From Amphiscolops sp. MND2022 (taxonomy: Eukaryota): 64,000 nucleotides of DNA. This document shows positions 24,780 through 37,211 of this stretch, one piece after another. Every line of letters starts with the position of its first letter. Position 1 is the stretch's first letter. Below the pieces are notes generated by a model, which made no database searches, was not told the origin of the DNA, and saw only the letters and a list, made by a program, of their open reading frames with translations. The DNA is taken from positions 40,488,001-40,552,000 of the forward strand of contig OZ076409.1 in the NCBI GenBank assembly GCA_964187785.1, given 5' to 3'. A program made the position numbers and the translations under genes.

Positions 24780-25892
24780 GTCAGCAATGATGGCTACATT
24801 CTGGTCTAGCCCAAAGAGCTGATGCGTTGCCCAATTCCAAGGGGCAGGTACACGCTTCTTCAATCTCTCGAGGTGGAGCTTTTGACCCGTGTTTAGCACA
24901 TAGAGGCGTCCATCTTGTAGCACATCGGTTATCTTGTGTGGGCGACGCCATGCACGAATCAGTTTGCTGGTGCAGCCTTTGGGTATAATGTGACAAAACA
25001 CCCAGACTGCATCGCCAATGGCATGTGTGCTTTAGCTTTGAGGTGGCGGTCAAACTTCAGTTTCTGCCTCAATTGCGCTTGGTGAGTATTTCTGCGAATT
25101 AGTTCGTGATTTTCCTGTTGTCTTGCCAATAGGTGTTCTGCAAACTCTTCCTTGGAATCAAAACCGCGCGCTGCGAACTCAGGGTAGATGAATGATAAAG
25201 GAATCGATTTCTCTGCCCCATGTTGGAGCATGAAGGATGAAAACCCTGTAGTTGCTTGCCTGGTTTAGTTGTATGCGCCTAGGACTCCATCAAAGTGCTG
25301 ATCCCAATCTTGCATCCTGCGCGACGTATAGACTCGGAGTACGGTTATCAACGTTCTGTTTTGTCTCTCCACGAGTCCCTTGCCTCTGGTGTGAGCAGTG
25401 GTAGACGTCACTTTAGTCACCTGCGACGCTTTCATGAGTTCCTGAGCTATTTCCGCGGTGAAGTTCGTTGCATTATCGGATTGCATTCGGGCTGGAGTGC
25501 CGTGTCTGGCAAACAATTTCTTTAGGATGATTTTCGCTGTCGTCTGCGCATCGTGTTCGTCATGGGCGCAGGGGATGGCTTCCGCAAACTTCGTCAAATG
25601 GTCTATAATGACCAAGAGTCCTGTGTTGCTTGATTCAGTCTTGCAGAGTTTCAGGTGGTTGAACTGCACCAGGTCGTTGAAGTTGCTACTGTTTATGCTT
25701 TGCAGTGGATAAGAGGGGTTTCCGGCGGGCTGCTTTGTTTGTTGACATGTTAAGCAGTGCTTAATATGATTCACCACATCTCGTTTGATGCCTGGCAAGG
25801 TGTGTCGCTCCTGTATCCCTGCTAACACTTTCCCCACGCCCTGATGTCCCAACTGTGCTCTGTACAGGATTTCGTGTTGATATAGTTGCGGC
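24780..25892 (-). pseudogene. pol: Integrase of element B (Zn-binding, DDE core, C-terminal SH3/GPY-like part)
   Basis: GHQGVGK..HIKHCLTCQ; IIDHLTKFAEA; MQSDNATNF; GLVERQNRTL; AWRRPHKITDVL..KLHLERLK; frameshifted. Confidence 0.92.
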
Positions 25893-26182
25893 ATGAAGTT
25901 TGTTTTTAGCGTATGGCCACCCAGTTGGAAACTCATGTTTTCATATATGCCAATGGTGTTAATTGTCTTGCTGGTGGCGGCGTACAATTATATGTCGTAT
26001 GGCATTAAACTCAGGGCATGGGCAGACGCGATCTTCTGGTAAGCGTTGAGTGAGAGGATGGAGACACCGGAGCTAGTGTCTATCATCCCGTACAAAGAAA
26101 TCGGTTCTTGAAGGGTGCTGCCAAAGGCAACCACCAAGGAGGCCCTTTCGTCTATCCGAGCTTCCCCTTGCACGTCTTGCAC
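25893..26182 (-). pseudogene. pol: Aspartic protease of element B, joined directly to integrase
   Basis: YGMIDTSSGVSILS (DTG-like) continuing as YAATSKTINTIG..LGGHTLKTNF straight into the integrase Zn-binding region. Confidence 0.8.
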
Positions 26183-26399
26183 ACCAATTGTTTTAACATC
26201 GCAACTCCTGGCGGCCTAGGTACAACCCTTGTGGGAAGTATCCTTCTAGGACTATTATTGCGTCAAATTTCATGTCGACACCGTCTACGTTGATAGCGAC
26301 GGGACCGGAGAAATCGTTTTAACCTTATGAACGGATGCCGGTTTGGTCTCGTCTTCCCTAGTGAAATGTGGGAGTGGCCGAGGGGCAATGGCATACTTG

Positions 26400-29234
26400 G
26401 TGTTTCTACACAATTCCTCCTTCCGTTGGGTTAGCGTCAGCGCAGGGCGCAGTTTTTGCTCGCCGCCGCCAGTCAAAAGTAGCAAGTGTATGGAAATGAG
26501 GGTTTCGGTGCAGTTGAGAGCGGGTGCTTTGATTGGCCTCCGCTACCGAAATCACTCGAACCTGATCGTCTTGTCCCACGCCATCGAATCGGTTGGTCTG
26601 TGGGGCATACCACGCTGCTCTAATTTGCTCTTCCTGTCTTATGTTTTCCGGAGCTGTACATTCTGATGCCGAATGCTCAGAGCGGCCACATTTGATGCAA
26701 AAGGCCACGGTTCCGTGCACTGGTAGCGATGCCGGGAAAACCTCGTGATTTATTCCATGCGGCAGTGACGGGCAAGTCCATCCTCCGGATGGGTTCGTGT
26801 GACAGAAATTTACTTGATGTTGCAGGGGTTTTCGAGCGCGATCTTTTGGCGGGCAATCGATTACGAAGTGCAGTGGGTCGCCGCAGTTGAAACATGCTCT
26901 CTGAGGTTGCTGTCGATATGCTGCTGGTTGCTGAGGGGGTGCTTGTTGTAGGTTTCGCGCTGGCGGGGGAGCTGCCGGGTATTGGTTCGGTACTTGGTTG
27001 GGCTGTTGGGGCGCAGGAGGAACCATTGGATAACTGTCGAAACGAGAGGAGCCACGCATGCGCAGATACTGCTGGACGGTGAAGCGAAAAGCCTCCACTG
27101 TGTGTGGTGCTTCCACATATTGTTCTGGCGCGTACATGAGCGCAAGATTGCGTTTCAGCTCGAAATTGCGCACTCCTTCTATAAATCGTTGCATGATTTC
27201 GTATCGCCGAACTGATACTTCCTCGTTGGGGAAGCCTTGGCTGCGCAAGTTTTCGAGGGCATCAAAATACTGCATTTAGTCCTCTTCACTATTCTGGCTG
27301 CGAGTTCGAATTTGTTGTCGAAAATGGATCATACTAGACACGATTCCGAATCAGCGCGCTAAGAGCGCAAAGGCCTTTTCGTCAGTGTCTCTTTCGGCCT
27401 CGGATTTGTTAGTGATGTAATCTCTTGCCCCGTGCTCTAAATGTCCAAGCTTTATCGTGGGGGGTAGCTTTGGCGTGCGCTTTTTCCAGATGGCGTTTCA
27501 TCAACATCATCCATCTATCGGCATTAGCATCTTTTGTTCCTCAGTATTTAGTCGGTTTATTCTTGGACTCCTTGACTGCTAGTAGCGTTTCTAAGCCCCT
27601 TGACATGGTTGTTGATATTGCTTCTGCTATTGCTTTTCGCTGTCTGGTCCTCGGTGTCGGGAGGTACCAACTGTGGTGGCTTGACTTGCTCGACGCTAGG
27701 CTGCGCAATTTTCCGGTAGGTGGCTTGTGCGGGCGGCGAAGGTGCACTGGTGGACGGCATATTGGCTTGATTAAGTGGTAGGGTTGCCACTGGCGCCACC
27801 TGTGTATGTGCTACCGCTGTTTGCGACACTATAGCTTTCACCCCCAGTGTCAAGTCTTTCATTGTTGTCATCAGGTCCACCATGCGTATGTTGGAATCAG
27901 TGTCTCGACGCTGCATCATGTCCGACATTAATTTCATGCTTTAGTGGGCTTGGCGGTCTTTTTCTTCTCATTACCGCAGACGTTTCGGCCAACCGAGAGT
28001 CAGTCAATTTCTGTCGTTGTTTGATTAGGTCATTCAGGGAGGCCATCATGGCCATGATGGATGCTTCGAATCGTCCTTGATGTTGTCGCCCTTCTACTTG
28101 TATTTCCAGGAGCCCTTTTCTCATTTCATCTTTGTCTCTCATGACAACGTCAGCTCGCATTACATGCTCGCAATTTTCTCGCGCCAGTCGTTAGTATACT
28201 TGTGAAAGTTGAGCCAAGCTGCTCCTGAAGTCCTCCCTAGCCGCTTGCGTTTTTTCGAACCTTGGTGACAATTGAATCTGGAACGGTCTCAGCGATAGCT
28301 TTAGAGCTTGGTGTATAGGTTAATCGCTCTGCATTGCTAGGATTGAAACTGGGGCCCGTCGTTGGCGGCGTCCTGAATGTATACCGCAACTGGTTTTTTT
28401 CCACCGGAGTTGGTGGGTTTCCGACCGGCTTGCTCAACGCTTTGGTCGGCGCTCCTGGTTGCATGTACCCACTCAAAGAAGGAGTTTCGTTCTTCGTTAT
28501 TGATCAATGCATGCGAACCCTGGGGGTCCCTGTAGATTTCTGGTGTTTGGGGGTCGCTATTGGAGTTGCGACGTCGCACCCTTGTGTTACTGCTTCTTTG
28601 CTGGTGCTTGGTTCGCATGTCGGCCTCTTTTTGGAGTTTGGCCAGCCATCCGAACTGTAGTCAGTGACTTCCAGAGGAGGCCACGCATTACTTTGCATTG
28701 TAATTTCAGCACCATCCGCTGGACTGGTACTATCTGGGAAGCTCGCGATGAATTGGGCTGGCTTCCTGCAGCTACCATCTCCATGTTTTGTTCTGAACTG
28801 GGAATATAGTCAGACATGAGTTCTGAAAACATGTTCATGGTCATGGTGCTCATTGCATCTTCAGCGCTTGCATTCACTTCGCCCAACGTTTTGATCTCGC
28901 TAGCGAATGGATTGGTTTTGTAGGGTCCGTTGGACTCCCAGGACGCTTCGCTCGAGGGATTCATGGATTCCCTTTCTGTCCAGTCCATTTTGGTTGCGAG
29001 TTTGTCACTAACGATATTTCTGGATGATAATGTTTAGCCTGCTCCCTTTTCCTCGCGAAATGGGGAGTGGGAATGGAAGGTGGAGTGGATTGGATCTGGG
29101 ATGTAGGCTGTTTGAGGAAGTTTTATCATCTGGGAGTACGGCGTAGTAATAGGGTTATACGTTTTCGATGATGTATCTCTCGTGGGTTGCATCGAACTAT
29201 AAGAGGGCTTCGTTAGCACTGGGGTGGATGCCAC
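26400..29234 (-). pseudogene. gag: gag of element B with long N-terminal extension and two CCHC zinc knuckles
   Basis: YFDALENLRSQGFP..QRFIEGVRN capsid-like segment; CFNCGDPLHFVIDC and CIKCGRSEHSASEC; upstream same-strand ORF fragments 27557-29234. Confidence 0.85.
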
Positions 29235-29539
29235 GTGCCCTATTTACTAACATAAAATGTGGTTCGCCTTTGGGGATGGGCGGACTATAAAACGGACCAG
29301 ACACAAAAATTTTTCTTGAAGATAATTACACTAAACTACTAACTAGTTGTAACGTTAGGTTTTGATCCAGCCGCTGTCTGTGCGACGGGCTTTAACAAAA
29401 AGTTTTAATACTGTCTGCTGACTTTGCAGTATTCTTTATGTAACGAGAGTTTTGTGAAGGGGGGAGTATTCCTCTTTTCTCGTTATTTTCTTTCAAACAG
29501 GGTAGCACGAGTTAGAGAAGTAGAAAAAGGGGTTTGGTG

Positions 29540-31941
29540 TGGACCTTAGGGTGAGTATGGACAAAGGCATTGAGTTTTAAACCGATTTACTGACTGCAGG
29601 CTACAAGGTAGGCGAATTAACGGTGCTCTAACACTGTAGGCGACACTGGTTTACTGTTTTGCTTCCTATTTAGACGCTCTGCGTTTGAAGTCTAAACCTT
29701 GAAGGTGTCAATAAAAGCACTGCAATACCCTTTGGGTACATGGGGCACTAATTCAGTGCCTTCATAACAAACAGTTTACACTTGGATGACTTTGGGGGTG
29801 GTTTGGAAGCAAATCTTTATTTTCGGTTTTTCGCATTCATGTCTCGTAGACATGTTTCTCAGAGACCCGAGATCTTAGGGTCGGTTTGTCACTAATCAAA
29901 TTGATTCGTTCGTCAGGACGTGCGAAACATGCCTGGTATGCTGAAGAGGTCGTTTGGGTCCTCACTGGCACGTATACTGACAAAACTGTACGATTTGTCC
30001 TACAAAATTGCAAAATCAACATTTTTTCGTCAACAGGCAACTCCGGGGAAGCAGAAAAAAATATAGCGCTGCTAGCGACCTGAAAATTTCACACCGCTTC
30101 TTAGACGAGCTATATCGTGGAAATTAACCTCCGATTCCGTCAAAATTGACTCTGTGGTTGTTATGGTCACCTAATAATGTCCACTGAAAAATTGACAATG
30201 TCGCGAAATTCACAAAAGTTAGTCAAACTTGCTTTCTAGGCGTCCTAGCTACCTGAAATTTTGTCTGCGAGCGTAAATTATGCCCACGTAACAGAAAAAC
30301 TGGGCAGCGAGGGGCCTGGGTCAATACCTGGCGATATTTGCACAATTCCACTGGCTGCTCAAATAGCACAAATCGTCGGGATCTAGTGCCGTACGTAATG
30401 AAACGCAAGAATTTTAGTGCTGAGATACCTGCAAGGTATTGCACTATGCTCAACTAAAATTCGATTTTTTTTGCAGTTTTGTGCATTTTTTGAGCAAAAC
30501 TGCGGCTAAGATTTTTCCACGGGTACTGACAGTAGCGCCATCAGAATCACGCTGTTAGCGTAACTTTTTTGCGCTCTACACGATGGTGCAACCTGTTTTT
30601 GGCTTTTCTTGATAGGAGAGATTTCGACTCAATGAAAAAACGTGGTTGCTGAATTCCCAAAATGTCACAAAAATAGCACGTTTTTGGCTATTCCTCAGCA
30701 ACCACTGCTCGGAATCACTCGCAGTTTTCTGCGTTAGCAATGTAACACTCTATGTTAACAGAAAGTAGGCAAGCGAAACCTTGTAGGCTTCAAACAAGGT
30801 ATCTCAAAAACTTTTCAAATTGCACTTTTCACACTACCGGAATTGTGCTGAAAATACGTATTTTCGCAAAGAACTTGCTGTTTTTCCTGTTCGCCGAAGT
30901 TCCTTATGGTTTTATCAGTGGTGTAAGAATGTGTAATAACTTTGTTCAGGGGACTGGGGTATTTTCAGTAGTTGGTTTAGTTTCAAAAACACACAGGCTT
31001 ATGAGGGTCCTCTACTCTATTCGTAACAAAAGAAAAGGGATTGATAAAGTTTCAATTTTTGTAGGGGAATGCTAAATCCGTCTTGGTAGTAGTGTTTCGT
31101 ACTGCCAAGCTCGACAAAAAACTTTTTGGGCTGCTCAAAAGGCTTGGGGAGTGATGCCCAAGGCTTCGCCCCGCCAAATTTGGTCAAAATGACCAAATTC
31201 GACGATTTTCCAATAAAAATTGCTAAACTTTTCGTGTTTTTTCCACATCTAGCCCAACAAGGTTTTGTTCCTTACCTAGTAGGTCTGTTGGAACGTTTTT
31301 CTAGTATTCTCACTGGCCGTTTTCAGTTCTATAAAGTTATGACTGTCAAAATTGGAAGTATTGAAATTTGAGCTATTTATGGTGTTATTTTCGAGGTTTT
31401 TGCGCTCAACTTTTTAAATAACTTGTCTGAACACCCACTGGGTATTTTTTCTAGTTAGTTCAGGTGGGAATAGGCCTGGGAATATGCTTTTTGGTCTAGA
31501 AATCGAGAAAATTGGGGATGTAACCCGATTGACATGGGGGTACTGCAATCACGGGGGTTTTGGATGTGTAGTCGCGTAGGACGTCACGTCTTCGTGTCAG
31601 CTAGCGTGAACCTTCACTGTACGTCCTCTCCGTCCCCATACATTGCAAATTTGCTGAAATGAGGCTAAAAACTCTTTGAAATCAGTTCCGGGTAGGCCGG
31701 ATTAACTGTTTCAACAGGTATAGTCAAAATACAAAGTGTATACTGTCTGAAACCGTCTATTTCTGGCTCTAGACCTCGGAAACATGCAGAAAACGCTAGA
31801 AAAATACTAGTACAAAGCCCAAAGGGCTAGAAAAAGATTATAAAAACAATCTAGGACCCTCTGAAAAGCGTCTCCTAGATCCGGACGTAACAGTGCCGGA
31901 AAGCAGGAGTTGCTCCTAGTTAAACGTAAAAATGAAAAACA
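29540..31941 (-). other. ~2.4-kb non-coding 5' leader of element B, homologous to the interior of element D
   Basis: Colinear reverse-complement similarity to 45713-48190 (e.g. TTTTAGTTGAGCATAGTGCAATACCT, CCCTAAGATCTCGGGTCTCTGA); no long ORF. Confidence 0.85.
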
Positions 31942-31956
31942 TCCCTCTGTGATCGC

Positions 31957-32491
31957 CTTTTCTTTCGTCACAGGAGGCTTCTCTAGTTAGAGCTCCGAGG
32001 CGACGTGCCGGCACTCTTGAAGTCCGGACACGCCCCACAAGCCTGTAAAAACAAATCCTAAGGTTTCTAGCGTATTCCCGCGCCTCCTACATACTTCCGA
32101 GGTCCAAAAAGAAAATTTAGCTGACATACATTATATTTGGGAAAGAAAATTCGATGAAGATCTAGTAAATCAAACATTATCTAAACGCTCAGCAAATAGT
32201 AATAAAGCACGGGGATAAGCCCCTACAACATTACAGTTTGGGGTGATGGTCGGTTTAGCTTCTGGCATGTTTCATCTTTGGGCATTTTCCCAGAGAGATG
32301 GCACATTCCGTCAGTTTTGGGGTGTTTTGATACCTTTTTACTCTTCCTTGCGTTTGTCTTCATCTTCTCTGACCTTCTTTTTCTCTTGTCGTTCTTTTTT
32401 TGCTCTGTCTCCGCGTGGCTTCTTTTTTTGTTGATTTTCCCGCACCTGCTAGGTCGGCCATCTTCTTTGTACAATTTTGATATCGCACACA
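31957..32491 (-). repeat. 5' LTR of element B with deletions near both ends
   Basis: Aligns to 17316-17850; ~145 bp (U5 end plus spacer) missing before the PBS; ~45 bp missing near the outer end, at an AC microhomology. Confidence 0.88.
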
Positions 32492-34793
32492 TGTATTCAG
32501 AAACAACACACCTCTCAATTATCAAACGAATGATGTTAAATACATAACTGCCTTGATTCTAACTCTTTTTCCTTCAAATTGGAAGAAACGTCTGAAATTG
32601 TTGAAAGAGTCAGGCAGTTTTCCAAGAATTGTTTTCAATAGTATAGTAAACGGCCAAAAAGATCATTTCTCAAACATGCAAAAAGTCATAAAAACGCTAA
32701 GTTAATACATATTTTGCACACAAACTTGTCGAAGGTTATTTTTTGGCTTTTTTGAAAGTATTGGAATTTAAAAACTAAAACTGTTAAAATTTTGTGCAAA
32801 ACAAGTATGCTCAACAGTTTTTTACTGTCTTGAGAATTTCATCTTTTCCGAAGGGTGCAAAAAGTGTACAAAATATTTGCATCGTTGAAATTTTGAACCG
32901 GAAGGGAAAGACGAGTTTTCTTGGTAGGATCAAGACTTTTGTAAATGAAAGAGTCACACAAACTATCGAGACACCCAAAGGGTGCCTTTCGCGTTCAAAA
33001 AACGCTTCAAGAGTTCGGATATAGCGTACATAGACAAAAGGGAGCGCATTGTTTGAACCTCCGCCTCCTCCTTAGTAAAACAAAAATTCAGATATAGTGT
33101 CAAAAAAACCGCATATAGCGCAATATTTTCGAACATCTTTAACTGAAGTCAACTTACCTCGCTTATAACATCAAAAATTCGGATGTTACTTGAACAAATT
33201 TTCATTACAATACATGTCCCGCAAAAGTGGAAAGTGATCACATGGTGTAAATAGTATTTTGGGTAAATTAGTCAAATGGTGTAACTTTGTCAAAGACTGT
33301 AGTAATCCATTAGTGTAGTGGTGCAGCAAAGTGTAATATGAACGCTGTGAATTCCAGTCAGAATGCGTAGTTAGTAAAAGTTGTACAACAGTCCAAGTTG
33401 TTATGGTGAAGTTTGAGTACTCGCGTAAGGTGTAGTCAGGTGTAATTTAGTCAAAGTTTGATTAAAGTTCACTTTTTGTGCGTATTCATTTATAAAACTA
33501 CCGAAAATAGTAAATTAGTCAAAGTTTGACTGGTTTACGGCAATTTGATAACTACTTCAAACACATGAATTTATATTGAATAGTTGTTTGGCGTTTAATT
33601 ACTTTGACTAAATTACACATTAACTTTGACTGGAATACGCGATTATTTTAATAACGCATGCGTACGTTAACACATACATACATACAGTGGAGTTTGCAAT
33701 GGATAACACATGCAAACGAATTCTAGTCATTCAGTGTTACTAATTATGTCATTGTAAAGTTTAAAAGTTTGAACTAACTGCTGACTGATCATGACAGTGA
33801 GCAAAAGATTTAAACATAAACTTTATGATTTGAATTTTCGTGATTGAACAAATCACTTAGAATTCAATACTAATCATCAGTGAATACTGATGTTTTCTGA
33901 CATTAAGTCAAACATCAAGTTGAAGGATATATTGAGAAAACCAAACTTCAGGCAAACAATGAGAATTTTGAAACAGTCTAATAGTTGCAAATCTGTAGAG
34001 GGGGCTTTGGGTTTTATTAACTACAAATTTGCTGCAAAACATCAAAGATAGGAGACACTTTGAGACATATAGTTTTCGAAAAAGTTTCAGCGCCAAATAA
34101 ATGAAAGGGGGACACTTTAGTCTCGTCCTATTTTCTACGCTACAAAACGACAAAAATGAAATAGGGATCCTTTCCAATAACTTAGGATTTTCTTCACACT
34201 CGCACGTGGCTCAAAAAAGAGAGACTGAAATATTCGAATTTTCTGCAAGCGACGACAAAGAAAAACACTTTTATTTCGAGATCACTCTGAAAACTTACAG
34301 AGCAAAGTGGGAAAGTGTATTTTACTCAAAAGCTAACTGTTTAGATGTTTGCCTTTTCGTCTGAACTCGTTGGCTAATAAAGGTTACGACAACAATCAAA
34401 ATCTGGAAAAAAGTCGAAGTAGTTGAAAAAAGATAACCCATTTCTCATCGAAAACTACCACAGGATAGATTGGCGTGAGGTTTTCGCCTTGTTTGTTTTT
34501 CGTAAAACTCAAAATAAACTTTAAAAAATGCATTATTTGTTCAAAAACTAGGCACTTTTTGAATTATTGTCTATTTGCGGGTATTTGCGGTTCTTTTAAC
34601 GGATTGTTTTGGATTTCACTTCGAAAAAACATCTTGGATATCGTGAATTTTTGAGACTCAAAAGAAAATCAAAAACAGTACGCACAGTGCATGAAAATGG
34701 CTAAATTTATATTTTAAAAAGCCCTAGAAACTCTACAAACAAACCTCACACAAAACTAATTTTATGACTGTTAATTGAAAGAACATCTATTAC

Positions 34794-35197
34794 TTGGGTA
34801 TACCTATGGATATTGGCAAGTTTCGGAAAAAAGCACCTGAGGTAATAATTTCCTGCCCCGCTTGGAAATATGGGAAATATGGGCGGAACATAATAATCAA
34901 AATAGATACCTGTTTATTTGCTGCCCCACGTTTCGCACTTATTTTTACCAAATAATAATTGTTAGCCTCCTTGGGCACCTTTATAAGCAAGCATCATGTC
35001 TGTAAAAGTGCACGATTCTGTGAGAGTCGGACAGTTTTTGTTTGTTTGGTTTGAATACTGTGCGAACAACGGAACAGCAATTCAAGGAGTATCTGTTTTG
35101 TTTATTATGTTCCGCCCATATTTCCAAACGGGGACAGGAAACTATTACCTTAGTCGCATTTGTTCTCAAACTTGCCAAGTTCCATAGGCATACCCAA
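34794..35197. mobile_element. Fold-back MITE with ~160-bp diverged inverted arms
   Basis: TTGGGTATACCTATGGA...GGGCGGAACATAATAA...TTCGCAC mirrored by GTGCGAA...TTATTATGTTCCGCCC...TCCATAGGCATACCCAA; 9-bp tandem duplication in the left arm. Confidence 0.75.
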
Positions 35198-35854
35198 AGA
35201 GTTTCCATCTGAGTTTACCCAAATAGTTCGAAATTTCTTTCATAGTTTTTTTTGCTCTATTTACTGAATCCTCGAAACTATTTAGGATCGAGGGGTCCCT
35301 TCTTTAAAATGTTGTCGTAATACGGTTCCGGTGTATAAATTGGCTCTCTTCACACGTTTTGGCACAATGCAAAGTTTTTCAAATAATTTCAAAGCAATTC
35401 CCCATTGTTGATCTTTTTGGTGTTTTCCGTTAGATAAAAGCGGTTTCTGAGGACAAAAGTGTATTGTCGGCACTTTTATATTTGTGAGATTTTGCCTAAG
35501 TTTGGGGCTTTACAACCTTAAGCCGAGGACTGTCTCTATCGATTTGTACTCCAAAAAGTCATGAATAGAAGTTTTGAATTTTCCAAACGAACTGCAAAAA
35601 AACTCTGAATACAAGACGCATGACACGTGTTTTTGCGGGCTCTCAAGCTTGGGAAGATATTTGGCCAGACGCAGTTTCAAATTGAAATGACCTCAAGAAA
35701 AATTGCGCAATGCCCGAAGAACCCGACGGTCTTTAGTCTGCGTTTTTCGTAGAAAACGCAGACTATAGCACTGGCTTTTTTAAGACCGACGAAGTTACAG
35801 AGTTTATAAGCTGAGCTGTATGAAGAAACTTGAGCAGCGTATTTAAACGTTGAT

Positions 35855-36250
35855 CGAATATAACGTTTTCAAAGTTCGCATATAACGGTTTCAAAGTTCG
35901 CATCTAACGTTTACAAAGTTCGGATATAACGTTTTCAAAATTCGGATATAACGTTTTCAAAGTTCGAATTAAGCGTTTGTAAAAGTCGGATATAACGACT
36001 AAAGTTCGGATATAAAGCATTGAGAGTTAGGATATAACGTTTTCAAAATTGGGATGTAACGTTTTTAAAGTTCGGATATAAGGTTTTAAAAGTTCGGATA
36101 TAACGTTTGCAAAATTCGAATATAACGTTTTCAAGGTTCGGAAATAATGTTTTGAAGTTCGGATATCACGTTTTGGAAGTTCGGATATACCGTTTTCAGA
36201 GTTGAAATATAACGTTTTAAAAGATCGGATACAACGTTTCAAAGTTCATA
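35855..36250. repeat. 22-bp minisatellite, consensus AAGTTCGGATATAACGTTTTCA, ~18 diverged units
   Basis: Head-to-tail units without spacers. Confidence 0.92.
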
Positions 36251-36264
36251 TGTAATTTCAGCTT

Positions 36265-36738
36265 TGTGAGATTTTTTCGAAATTTTTTTGATACACCTGA
36301 AGTGACCAAAAGAGTTCTACCAAATGTTCTACCATAGTTTACGTTGTACCTGTTGGCCCAGGGAACTGAACCAAAACGTTTTTCCTTTTTTTTCCGCGTA
36401 ACATACAATTCCGGGCGAGCCTAAAGGGTCCCCCATTTAGTTTTTTTGGCATATTACAATTTTTTATTCGACAAAAAAGTTTAACCTTAAGGGTCCCCCC
36501 ACTTCAAAATTTGGCATTGTCAGACTTTTTTCAGTTTTTTCATCAAAGGGTTCCCTTCAAATATTGTGATGATTTGCGACAGTATTGTTGAAAAATCTCA
36601 AAACGTCTCCCCTGACACGCCAATTCGGCCCAATTTTGGCTTTTTGGGTGCTCTAGAAGAGAATACTTCGACACTTTCGTGTGCTTTTGCTAATTTTGAG
36701 CCTTAGACATGGCGGCGACTTGGACCGTTCCCGGATTG
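36265..36738 (+). mobile_element. Second HINE/Helentron-type copy (3' end intact, 5' boundary uncertain)
   Basis: Ends TTTTGAGCCTTAGACATGGCGGCGACTTGGACCGTTCCCGGATTG|TT, matching the 3' end of the 16643-17148 element; internal AAGGGTCCCCC repeats. Confidence 0.7.
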
Positions 36739-37211
36739 TTCTACATGTTCATGAACAAATTTTAGGAACAACTAATCACTTTCACAAGGGAAAGCATTTC
36801 CTATTGTGTCGTAACTCTGGTGCGACTATACAGAGCATTCATTTTGGTATCAACCAGAGTGACATTGATTGAAACCTCTTTTATGCCAATATTGGCGTTC
36901 TTCACTGTCTAATTCGACTTCGAGGTTCCTTTCTAGTCCCATTGACTTCATTTCCATTTTTGTGTTCAAACTTTCTCTGAGTCATTCCATGTTAACTTGA
37001 TTCTGCGGAAAGATTTTCTCATCAATTGCGGGATCTATTGCTTGCATGATTTGAGTATCTAGTATTGCCTACTTTTCCTGATTATAATGTCCTTTATTTT
37101 TCTGATGAACTTCAACTAGATAGTAACGTTCTGAAATTTATTTCACGTTCTATCAATTGATTAAACAACAAAACTTAAACGGTTTTCTACCTTGTTTGAT
37201 AGCAACAATTG

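Larger units (their letters stand above)
16559..32491 (-). mobile_element. Element B: large Ty3/Gypsy element with three LTR units and extra 3' ORFs; RT/RNase H deleted
   Basis: LTR remnant at 31957-32491; complete LTR at 17189-17896 with PPT on one side and PBS on the other; 17-bp LTR-end remnant TGTAAGGACCGACTAGC at 16559-16575; gag, protease and integrase motifs; TGT on both outer flanks. Confidence 0.85.

Noticed and set aside
35855..36250. CRISPR-like array
   Set aside because: The 22-bp units are contiguous and degenerate, with no unique spacers and no cas genes; it is a minisatellite in eukaryotic DNA.
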